Origin: Ptychomitrium polyphyllum | Lineage: Eukaryota | Direction: 5' to 3' | NCBI GenBank assembly: GCA_973851085.1 | Contig: OZ316776.1 | Span: forward strand, 2,666,001-2,730,000 | DNA: 64,000 bases | Shown: piece after piece, positions 29,501 through 41,014 of the stretch | How positions within the stretch are numbered: the stretch's first letter is position 1 | How the letters are laid out: each line of letters begins with the position of its first letter | The notes under the pieces: model-generated | What the model saw: the letters and a program-made list of their open reading frames with translations, nothing else | Told to the model about the DNA's origin: nothing | The model's database searches: none | Translations under genes and position numbers: made by a program

Positions 29501-32500
29501 CGTTGTAGACGGAGTCGCAACGGGAGCTTCGGGGCGTGGGCTTCGAGCCGGGCTTGGAGGTCGAGGCGCGGGGCTTCTCGAACGAGGGGTGCCACCAGTC
29601 TTTCTGTTTGTCATTGTCGTCCATTTTGCATCGGTGGTATTGCGTGGGCCTGAAACCGGGTTATTTATGAACTCAGTATCATGTCAAGTGATAATGAGGT
29701 ATGGTTTCTACTGATAGTTGGACATGGCAACCGCGAAGGATCCAAGCTTGAAGTTTGCAAGGTTTGTGAATTTTTCACCATCTTAAGAATGCTTGTTGTG
29801 TTGTTACCAGTATTGTTTGAGAAAGGATGAGGCTCGAGGTAGGGGTGTAAAGAGCTTCTCATTTGGCACCTCAAGAATGATCTGCACTATGATAGACATT
29901 CCGGGTTATGTTTCGGACAATGTAAATTGAACTCCCAGTGCTAATGTTTACAAAATGTAGGGCTCAAGTGGTGGTAATGCAATCTTCATGCTGGGGTAGG
30001 TTTGAGAATTAGTTCATCTATGCTACAATGAAGTGGGATCTTACTCGGCACTCGCCTGACCTGATGAAATACATCTCCACAGAGTCATCTCCTTGGAAGG
30101 TGATTACTGAATTTCCACATCAACACTGCGAACCGAGTAAGATTAATTCTGAAAAATCAACAGCAGAGTTAGCAAAACATTGAATTCCGTTCCTCACATG
30201 TAGAGTCGATCAAGTGAGGGCTTTGATCTTTTTGACCTGAATCTTTTTTCACATCTGCTATTACAGGCATTCTCTTCAAGAATAACGATTCGGGTGATAT
30301 GCAGACTTACTTCGATTTTTGCTGTAGACGCGATAAGAGAGCACATTAGCCAACCGCAAAAGGCTCTGTCTCGGCACGGATTTGAATCTTTCGATGCCCT
30401 GGTATGAAACGAGACTCAGCACACATAAAATTCATGATCTCACCATGCCCACTTCCTCGAGGATTTCGATGAAACTCTACAACAATGTTCACAATGCACT
30501 TGCTTTGTCAACTGTTCCCGTAACCTGCTCTAGAATTCGAAGTATGGACATCAGATGGAGGCTGCTGACCTTGAGAAAGCTGATCCGATCTCGAAGATCT
30601 GGAGTTTCTTTGATGTCAAGAACCCTTTCATAGTCTCTTCTGGTAAGTGTTAGCAATTCTGTCTGCACATTTCGTATAAGGGGTCCAATTTATGTATATG
30701 TTTCTACCAGATTCAAGTCGACAATCCGTAGTCACAAGTCAAGAATTTAGTAGTAACTAATATTGTAGAACGATATGTACACCAGGATCTTGAAACCTTC
30801 AAATTTGAAGCTTACCTTTTCGTTTGTTTCTATGGTATATTCCCTGCACCCAAAAATGCCATGTTTCTTGTGATAATCTTCTCTGATAACAGAAGTAACG
30901 GGATGAGACCTTGGTTCATAGCTCAAACACACATTTGAAGCTTAATACAAAGGAGATCTATGCATGTATGCCTCTCATGCAGAATATTTAACCTGAAGAT
31001 ACATTGAGTCTTTAATGGACTGGATGTGTTTTGACTGATAGATTTTACTGTTGTTTGAAGCACGTCTAACATGCGTGCAAGCAAGAATGACACTCCAGTA
31101 AGTACCATCCTGCAGTGTAGTAGTCATCAAATATAAGCCGAGATTATCTTTAATGCCAAGTGTTACCATTGATAATTCCAGTCTTCGAGGACTTTATCGC
31201 CAAACCATTTATTAGCTGGAATGATCCAAGTCTTATCTTCTTGCACTCCCAGTTGGTGATAAGTGCACTATATTGCAAACGTCCATTTAGTTCTTAAGGT
31301 GGGAAGTGTAATTCTATCGGTATTAATCAATCATTTGGAGGATGACGAATGGTAAGTAAGATCATTCGGAGGCTCTTCAAGATTTGATAAAGGACGTAAG
31401 TTAAACCTTGACAGATCCTGTGAATATGATAGTGAAATAGAAGGCTTTGCTTCCTTGCTTGGCAACTGAAATATTTGGCAACCAAAGAACCATTAATACA
31501 ACTTGTTTATATTTTTAATAAAATCTGCTGGTGAAGCGTTGTGCAGCATGGGAGAATCAGATTAACGATATCTAAGAGTGCTAGACTTACCTCGATGGCC
31601 AGGTCCATGAATTTCGTATCCAAGAACTTTGCAAATCTGTCACTTGTAGACCACCATAATATGTGAGTACATGTTTCTCTCTCAGAGATGATCAGCAGTG
31701 CTCCCAAGAATCAGGACCATCCAGTCAAAACTTTCAGTTGCAGGCTAAGAAACCCAGCTCATCCGGCTCCAGTAGTAAGCCACCATAAGCAACACGGTTC
31801 CTAAAAAGATTTATAAATTCCACAGCATCTAGGCAATAGTATCAACTTACATTCAAGCGTAGCGACATAGGCAGGTCACAGATGAACCTGACGTCATTGA
31901 CAATATCTTCGAGTAAATACAAATCGCTTGTAGTTCTTGTTTCTCGGCTGATCACAACACCACCCGGCGATGTCTACGAGTTTAGGAGATCAACAATGTG
32001 CAAGAAGACTTAATCCTTCCTAGCAACTAGTAGTTCCTACATATTTAACTCTAACCATGAAATTGACCAAAATTGTATCCTTTGGGATTTTGAAAAATAC
32101 TTTCTATTCAGGGCCATGCGCTTCATGTGAGTTCGGTAATGCGCAAGTCCTCGCCATGCCCGGAGCTCTGGTTTTCTCTGTTTGAAACATTTCCCAAGAC
32201 CGTCGTGAATAGGTTTAGGGCTTAGGCAGCATTGCCCAAAAACAAATTAAAAATATAAATTCTACACGTTTGTACACATCAGGCAACTTAGTGATGAGCC
32301 TTACTGCCTATGCCAATGTAGTTTGTAGAAATGAATAGGTGGGTAGTTTAGCAGACTACTCATGGTGTAGCTGTCGTGCACAGAACTCAGCAAGTCGATT
32401 GTTGTACACGGCCTAGAATGATGTATGCAGAAGAAAAATGAATTAGACTAAGGAGTTACCCTCGGAGAACTCTCTTCATCCGAGTCGTAGTCAGAATCTG

Positions 32501-32696
32501 CAGACAATTGGAAGCAAGGCTTCAGTAATTCAACTGTTCTTAGCATAAATTTTTATTAGTCTTTATAATTAATCGATTTTTGTGCTGGAAACATCTAATG
32601 TATGAAGTATGGCAATTGAAGACGTCATTACTCATGATGATCCTGTCTACAACTACAACTGAAGATTAAGAGTAGCGCACCATCGCCCCTGCCCAT
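26522..32696 (-). CDS. Stand-alone tandem cyclic-nucleotide-binding (CNB/cNMP) domain protein, ~700+ aa
   Basis: 14 phase-consistent exons: 31947-31851, 31636-31591, 31465-31407, 31267-31167, 30843-30816, 30662-30570, 30398-30311, 30106-30045, 29881-29808, 29649-28926, 28464-28108, 27871-27740, 27410-27345, 26686-26522 (TAA). Likely 5' exons are 32696-32681 and 32497-32460; the linking exon(s) are unresolved. CNB-A: RFICDLPMSLRLNICKVLGYEIHGPGHRVAKQGSKAFYFTIIFTGSVK..WFGDKVL..TELLTLTRRDYERVL. CNB-B: IITFQGDDSVEMYFIRSGECRII..[insert]..LKAGEYFGEKGLMTTSKRAASIVSVSMVETLVLTKWDF. Confidence 0.88.
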
Positions 32697-33436
32697 AAGT
32701 GCTCTCCCCAGCTATCTAGCCCTGCTTTCTAATGTCGATTCAAGGACATTGTAATTGATAGCACACTATGCCCTGATGATATTTGAGTACTGAACACCAT
32801 TCATCAACATTGAAACTCAGCACCGTCTTGCAGCCGGCATGAGCAAGTTACTTTGCTAGACGTTCCTATCCTAGGTAAGGGTTGCAAGCATTATATCAGG
32901 CAGCTAACATCGACCATCGGGACGGAGCATCAAAGTTTATATTTTCAATAATTGCTTGTCACATGGCTGAGAATATTGTGACTGCATCAGCTGCAGATAC
33001 GGAGTAGCACTGGCACAGTTCAAGATGGTCCTTATGCACCCAGGTTGAAGGTTGCTCAATGGAACCAGAACAATTGTTTTTAAAAAACAAAAACTAGGCA
33101 ATTGATTCTAAACATGTTAATTTTCAATCGCATGCTATAACTTCCTATCGTGGATCACAAAAGAGGCGGTCATGGAAGACAGAATAGACTAGTGGTGAGC
33201 TTGATCTGCTACGTGCTGAAAGGACTCCTCTTAAGCCATCATCGGCAGTGTCATGCAACGCTTCCTCGCTGCAGAGGTGCAGGCTCTGGGATGAGCCGGT
33301 TACAGCACGGTTCTCCACTTCCATCCTGCCCCTTCAATTCTCCACGGTTCATGAACTTGCAATTGCCCAGACGATTGTATTTGTTAATAAATGTTCCTTG
33401 GGTTCCTGTTTGTACCACTTCTTGTGGGTCCCTTAC

Positions 33437-34503
33437 CTACGAAACCTGTTCGACGTCCCTGCTTTGCTGGCAAGGCATGGCTCCAGTCCTGACTGCTCTG
33501 TATCCCTGTACTTCAACGCTGGCCTTCAATATCATTGGAAGTGGCCACTACTGAGGCCAGCTACAAGTGTTAAAATGTGATCTTCCATTTGCTCGTCCAG
33601 GACACTATTCTTCAATGCTTAATTACCGCATGTAGAATGAGCTTGTGTCATGTGGCACTCATGTCTGTGTGAGAACAGAAAGGACAACGTTACACTTTCA
33701 GACTAAGGACATTTTATAAAGTTTTTCAATATCTGAATATTTGTGACCCAACTGAAGAAGGTTGGAAAACGTTTATTGCTCTTACAAAGAGTAAGCACAG
33801 ACTAATTCTGGCCACTGAAACAATTACCATTGCTCAGAAATGTCATGGCAAGTTCTAGGTAAGGTTAAGATTTTAGTATACGATCAACTCTCCTAGTGAA
33901 AAAATCTGTATGGAGTTTCAACTTCCAAGTGCTGATAATAATCTCTAAAATCAGAGAGCAGGAGTTGTGAATTGAGGGTAATATTCTTTTTTAATCAAAT
34001 CAGTTCATGGCTAGCATGGTGCCTCCAGGTTCTCTGTATTAAACTCTTGTGTCACCTGTGAGAATTTGGTGAATGGCAACTCATTACCTTGCTGAACAGA
34101 AATGATTGAGAAACTTATGAGTTGTCCTTTGAAGAGTTGCCTTCTGCCAGTCCCACCTCCTGCAATTCATTGGAATTTGGTGGCAAGCCCGAAATCAAAA
34201 CAATAAAGTTTATATGCTCTAAGGCACATGTATACTGTGCAGGGCACATGTTGGTTATACATCATAAACTTTTTACATACACTTGTCCACAACCTAGAGT
34301 TTTTCTTCTTATACTATGATCAATACATCATCAGTATCACTGACATACCAAGTCTGGGCTCCACACCATGTTATCACTTGCAAGTGTACAAGCTGGACAG
34401 TGTATGACACAGCCTGCTGGTCCCTGTACATTCTCTTCCTGGTCAAGACTACTTTGTGGCTCATCAATAGGGCTGGCTTTGGAAGACTTCAAAGTCCACA
34501 TGC
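33437..34503 (-). other. Candidate spliced minus-strand exons of unknown coding status
   Basis: AG/GT-bounded segments 34503-34349 (donor GTATGT), 34159-34088 (GTAATG) and 33560-33437 (GTAAGG). One frame runs from the first into the second and stops at 34117-34115. The third has stops in all frames. No recognisable domain. Confidence 0.4.
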
Positions 34504-37500
34504 CTAAAGGTTGGAGAACAAAGTGTGTGGAAAGAACAAACCAATTTATTGTTCATCAAAATAATTTATGAAGAAAAGAGTGAACTAAAGAGTGAATCCT
34601 GGATAGGAAGAATGACATTCCAAAGAAATCCATAAATTTGTGGATTGGAAATGATATCCCCAGATGACACGCCACCTCCCATAAATGTCAAAATGTGTCA
34701 CTGGAGGTGCCATTTTCCTACTTCTTGTAATAGGTTCTGGTTTTAATTTAATTTATTATTTTTATTTTTCAAATTATTCTACATCATTTTGGACTTCAAA
34801 TTTGTTTTAATCTTCAAACAAGCATTTCATTATAAGACTATGAATATTTCTCACTTTTATACGCTTTACTAACAATTGTATATGGTCCATGTAATCACCA
34901 AATATAGATATTTTCAAAGTATGCTGCAAATACAACCTCTCAAATTCTTTAAAAATTGTGTAACCAGGACATTGCTTTTTACTAAAGCCTTCAGGCATAC
35001 ATTGCTACATGTATTCACATGAATTTTCAAGTATTTCCTTACATTCCAAAAGCAAGAGTGTGTTGGTCCGACTACTAAAGGATCAATGCATGAGATTAGT
35101 ATATGCAAAAACTAGAAGTGCATGTTCAACAGATTTGAGGTATATGGTTATAAAATTTTTAATTGTCCCTATTTTCTGCTAGTGAGAAATAACACAAATC
35201 ATCTTTTGAATTGGCAATCTAATTTTCTGGACAGCCTAAATCAATCACTTATTTGTTGTACAATCATATTTGTTATTCAGGCACGTAGCAGTTTGAGCAA
35301 CTCAAGGCTGAGTCAGTCAGATAACACACAATACAATGAAATAGAATAGGAGCCATACAAATTTTGACACTAGGCAATATCAAGTCTGTAATGCACACCC
35401 CACGGCCATTGCTGGGCTGATTGAGTCTTGCTCTGGGATGCAGAAGCAGAGATTGAGATCTTGATCAGCATCCATAGTACAGTGTGTTTCAGGAAGGTAG
35501 AGTTCCTGGAGTACAAGACCAAATAATCTATCCCATCTGTGCCAAGTTGTTTGCATGGAGCCTCTCCTCAGCTCATCTAGACCAGAAAAGCATCATGATA
35601 TTCTTCAGCGACCATCTGACCACCCTCTGAACAAATCAGAGGAAGAATTCCTTCACTTGTAAGGTATAACTTTGTTATCCAAATCTTGTTCCACTAAATA
35701 TTGAGGGAGTTTGTATGCTAGGTCATCAAACTTCATGAATTCATTGCTACATGCCCTTAATCTCATTTAACAATATATTCTTTATTTTTTAATTAATGTG
35801 CAAGGTGGGTTTTAGTAGCTTCAATTATTCAAGCTTATTATAAGCTCTTGTCATTGTAAGAAGGAAGGATATCTTTGAATATGAAACTAGCATAGATGCA
35901 CAATATTCTTTAATAAGCATGCTAGTTACTTTTGTTGGAAGGAGATAAGTTTTGAGATATCTAATTTTGAATATTCGTGACTTATTCTTATAATGTCTAA
36001 ATAATATAGTTCAAATTGCATTGAAATTTATTTTCCTTTTGGATACGATTCAATAAAAAACATTGTGGTTTATTAGCATTAATCATGTTTATATGGAATC
36101 AAAATTAAAGAATGTTATGATGGTTTTGATATATTCCAATTTTTTGGAAGAAAATATGTGGTTAATATAAGTTTGGTGCATGATGGTTATTGAATGGAAT
36201 TTGGATGATTTTTCATTTTCTTATTGATGGTTACTAATTGTTGTTTGGATGATTAATGAACCTATAAAGTGCTACAAATGCCAATAACAAGGAGCTAAAA
36301 ACTTTGAAGCCAAATATTTTACTCACTCAATATCCAAATCCAATTTTTTTTAAGGCCTTGTTTTATGTGTTTTTCATTCTTCTTCCAATTATATTACTTT
36401 CAAGTTTTGATTCCAAACAAATCAAAAATCAAGATGTTTTAAAACATTGAGTGATACAAGTTTAGTGTGTCAAGGCACTAAGGTCTTTCCTTTTCATGGA
36501 AGATTTTTAAATAATGCATGAACTATTCATTCACTATATGGCGTATCTTTTTATCCTTTTATGGCTGACAATGGAGAACGTCTTATCAGTTGGTATGTGG
36601 AGACTAAAACAAGATTGATCAGGCCAGATTGAAAGAAAAGACATGCACTGCCTATTAAGATTCAAGAATCAATAGTGACAAAATTACAAATGTCACTCAT
36701 CCCTTCTCCTAGAGGAGATGAAAGAAGAAGAAAAGAAAAAAATTTAGTCAAGACATGGATATTTTAGGCACAAAATGATCCTTGAGAGAAAATGAAAAGA
36801 CATCTAAACAACCAAGACAAGAAAAATCTTGTCTCATGGACCAAATTTTGGGTCATCATTATGAAAGTATTCCTTAAAATAGTCAAAAAGTACATAATTT
36901 ATTACAATAATTGTTGGTATGTAAACTGCTAGTTCATTTTCTTATCCATCTTCAAATTTCTTCTCTTATGGGTAACAAAACAAGGTATATAATCTTATGA
37001 GAAAACTTTAAAATTTTGACCAATCATATTATTAGAATATCCTAAAATATGACTAAATCCCTTATCCACTGAACGAGGGAAGCAGGTATTTAGCGGCCCT
37101 AAGGCCAAAGAACCAAACTCAAAGTTTGTACTGTCCAGCATTCCCTCCGATTGCAACAGTGTAGAAGCAGTTCTATTGTGTGAAGCATCCTGAAGGGAAA
37201 ATTTCACAAGCCTGCATGATATGTTATCAAATAGTTGAAACTTGAAACTGATCTCTTAGTTGTAATTGTACTAGCAAGCTTTGATTCTCAGGACCCAGCT
37301 CTCGGTCCAGCTGGTAGCCCAACATGACCGTGTGAATGCACTATACCAAAATGTTAATTTGATCGTTGTGGATATTTTGTCTAGGGGAAAACCGCATATA
37401 CTTGCGTTGTTGTTGGAGGTGGCTCCTTGTGATTTTCTTGGTCAATGGAATGGGTAAAAATAAATCAACATTTCAGTGTAACATACTATTCAACCGCTAT

Positions 37501-38164
37501 ATTACTCTTCACAATATTTTTGCTGCTAAAGAAAAGTATACTCAAAGTATTATACCCCAAACAGGTCTGGATGTATGGACAGGGCAAGGATGAGCCAAAG
37601 GCCCAATTAACAATCAAGATCTTTTTATCCATGTACAAGTAAATTGTAAGTATGGCATTCCCTAATATAACATATGCTTCCCCCCAAAGTTAGAAGATTT
37701 AAAAAGATGACAGAACTATATAGGAAGGGTAGCTTGTGCCAAAGGGAAAAAAAAAGGAAAAAAGAAAAGGAAAAAAAAGAAAGAAAAGACAAGATGAGCA
37801 CTGCAGCAACAGTGCAACAAACTTATACCTTCATTTTGTGCCGGAATCATCCTTGTGATATGTTTTATTCTCAAAAAGGCAAACCAGAACATGCTTCTGC
37901 CAGTCACGTCTGCCAAATCAGTCAAAGCCTTGTCACTAATACAGGTAAGTATGCAGAGTCCTCAAATTCCTCCCAGAACAAGAATCCACTTTCTCAAGCC
38001 TACTATCTGATAACGTATCACACTGGTGTTGTCTGCATGCTCGAGCATGATGTGATCAGCTGTGGATGCAATCATCAAAGATATTTTGGCAAGCTCTCAG
38101 AGAAGGAAAAACTGTGGGCCTCGGAGGAGATTCTGTATTCAGGCCCCCAGGCCTCAGAAAGTTG

Positions 38165-38247
38165 GAGCTATCATTTTTCTTCATGTGAGCTATCATTTTT
38201 CTTCATGTGAACTATCATTTTTCTTCATGTGAACTATCATTTTTCTT
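38165..38247. repeat. 22-bp tandem repeat, ~3.8 copies
   Basis: Unit GA(G/A)CTATCATTTTTCTTCATGT at 38165, 38187, 38209 and partial at 38231. Confidence 0.95.
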
Positions 38248-41014
38248 TATGGATGATAGGCCTTTCTGCTTTTAATTTTTTTATAAAAAGGCAGTTTATT
38301 TTAATCATATTCTCTGCGTTGGTAGAACTAATTGAGAAAATTTTCTTTGTACACTTACTTAACATTTGGCATTGGCCACTAGTACAGAGCTCAAAATGGG
38401 GATCCCAACCATGTTAATATAAAGATTTTAGGGAATTGAAATGGCAATAATAAAACACAGTTTTTTTCCACACATAATACATGTATTTCAATTTTGACTT
38501 TCAACAACTTTACAAGTACATGCCCAAAAGATTTTTTTAAAAATACTACAATTCCTAAGTCAATTGTGCCCACAACTTTATGGAGAAGCACCACCAACTA
38601 GCATTCCAAACAACTTCAAGTACAATGATTTCTTACTATTGCAACTGCTTTTTTGGTTGTAAAATTCTTGAAGGATTAAGTTTATATTTCAATGAAAAAT
38701 ATAATAATTAAGTATATTATTGACTCATGTAATGTATTCTTTAAATATTAAAAAAATGCATGAAAGAAAAGACAACATATCCCGCTTTTTACCAAATCTT
38801 AAGACTTCCAAATACAATTCCATATGAAGTCATATCAATTATTAGTTGATCCTTAAAGGTCATACTTGCAAGTCATTAAAATCCCAAATTTTGGCCAAAA
38901 TTTCTTATACAACTTCAAATCAATTGAAATTAAAGAACAAAATCATAAATTATATCTTAAATTTTAACATATTTTAAGAATTTTCAGTCCAAAACGAATG
39001 AATGAAAATGATCAAAGGGAGCAAAACAAATACACACTTGGAGGAATGAAACCATGCAAATCTGCATGACTGTGCATGACTGATCCTGTTGGGGTTAACC
39101 ACCCAGACTAAATGATACACTTGGTGAAGCAAACGGACAGGAAGCCAACATAAATCAGGACGGCGATGATGTACGAGGGGCGTACATGCGCACACGCTGC
39201 GAGACTAGCTAGCTACGTGCGAACGCGAGCGGCGCTCGCGCCGGAGCACAGCCACTACGTTCATCTGCATCGCGCCCTCGCGACGCTAACTTTCGCCGAA
39301 CAAGACCCCAGTTCGCCGATCTCGCACGCCTGGTAGAGACGATGGACGCATCTGCCTCCCTGCGGACGAGTGCAAAACCCGAATCGCAGCCGCCACCGTA
39401 GTCCAGTTACCTGAATCCAAAGAAGCTCCAAGCACATCAGTACTACAGTAGTACCACAGCGAGCACGGAGTTGGAGAGGGGTAGAGAGAGAGAGAGATAG
39501 TTCTAGTGGCTTCAGAGTGCTCCAACATCATGGTAGATTGCGATGTCAGGAAGGTAGTAGAACTTGGTGGAGTTTGGTCCTGCATGTCGTGTTCGTATCA
39601 GCCAATGGTAGTGACGTCGATGATTTGGATTTCCTAGGTAGTCTGCGCGAGTTCATCGGAATGACCGGCGGTGATCGACGTTCGGTGGGGTTTGCGGGGG
39701 GTGATGTGTTTGAGTCGGAGAGTTGGGAGGTGTTGCGAGGGGATCGTCGTTGTGAGGTGGGTGCGTATGAACTAGATGAGTTACTGGGTTTGTAGTTCAC
39801 GTAGTCGGATGGTGTATTCTGCTCGGAGTGGTTACTTCCAGGGTGGCGGAGGAGGTCATTAGGCGCGAAAGATCAGGTGGGGATCAGCTAGTAGTGAGTT
39901 GTGAGGGGCTATGCATGAGCATGGAGACGTACTCTAGCACTGATTTTTTCGGAACGAGCTGGGCTGGGTTGAGGAAGAAGCGCCGGGCGTAGGGCGCTCC
40001 GAGAGAATATTTCCCTTGATTCCTTTCGTGCCAGACTGAGCTCTCTTTTGAAGCTGCGAGTATGATCAGTGCATGCCTGATCAAGTCGCGACTACAATCG
40101 GAAAGAGTATGTGATCATTACGTAGTCCAGGTTCTGGCTAGATGCACGGTGGTTCGGGAGGTGTGTGGGTTTGTTACTGACCTAAATCTATGATCCTTGG
40201 GTTTTGAGACACAGTTCCTTTGCGATGGAGTGAGTGTTGCTGCTGCTGTTTAACGGCGTTGCTAGCTGATCCTCTGTAGCTCAACCCTCATTGCAAAGTC
40301 AGCGTTCCAAGTCGTCCCGTGGATGTCACAATCTTGTTCTGATGACGACGTGACGTGAAAGTCCTCAAGCAAGCAATTTCTCTTTCTCATCTTTAAATCT
40401 TCAGTGACTTAAAGCTTAGGTGCTATTATCCAATCGTTCCTCTGACGATTGTGCAATAATAAGATAGGATATCTCCTTTTCAATAACTGCATCAACGTTA
40501 ACTGGCTTAGTCTAGTGTAAGTACGATTCCTCTAGTGCACTCTTGTGAGAGGACATCTTTACTGTGAAGGACGTAGCCTAGCGATGTAGTCTTAAGCAGT
40601 AGATTGCCGCAAGTGCCACCTTTGAGATATGCATGTACATTGAGGTTGAGGGGTTTGCCTACACAAACAATAATCAGGCAAGGTTCTGGGATTTTTTTAA
40701 ATGAGAGATTTTATGGTAGTGATCGACGACGACTCATCTAGTGTTGATAGACGAACTGCTTCCTTTTTAAATTTCTGCAGTCATCCACAGCTTGGGTGCG
40801 ATGCTTAAGGCAAAACTGGTATTTAGAATCATAGCAGTTATAGAACAGTTGCACCTACTAAAATAGGGTTAGAGAAAGCTGTGAAGGGTTACAGAAAGTA
40901 TGCTGCCTTTGACTGCAATCAGGACGTGTAAATTGAGTTATAATCGCTGTGAGGAAGTGACATGATTTCAGCGCCAGTGGAGATTGGGTACAAATAGCAG
41001 TAGGTGACACAATA

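Noticed and set aside
28815..29624. 269-aa ORF as an independent single-exon gene
   Set aside because: It is an internal exon (29649-28926) of the CNB gene, with in-phase acceptor and donor.
30972..30992. Possible extra CNB exon (LNILHER) using a GC donor
   Set aside because: Weak donor; exon 31267-31167 joins 30843 directly in phase with correct cassette spacing.
37942..37952. ATACTTACCTG on the minus strand, identical to the U1 snRNA 5' end
   Set aside because: Downstream sequence does not resemble U1; it is just a consensus donor-like CAGGTAAGTAT on the + strand.
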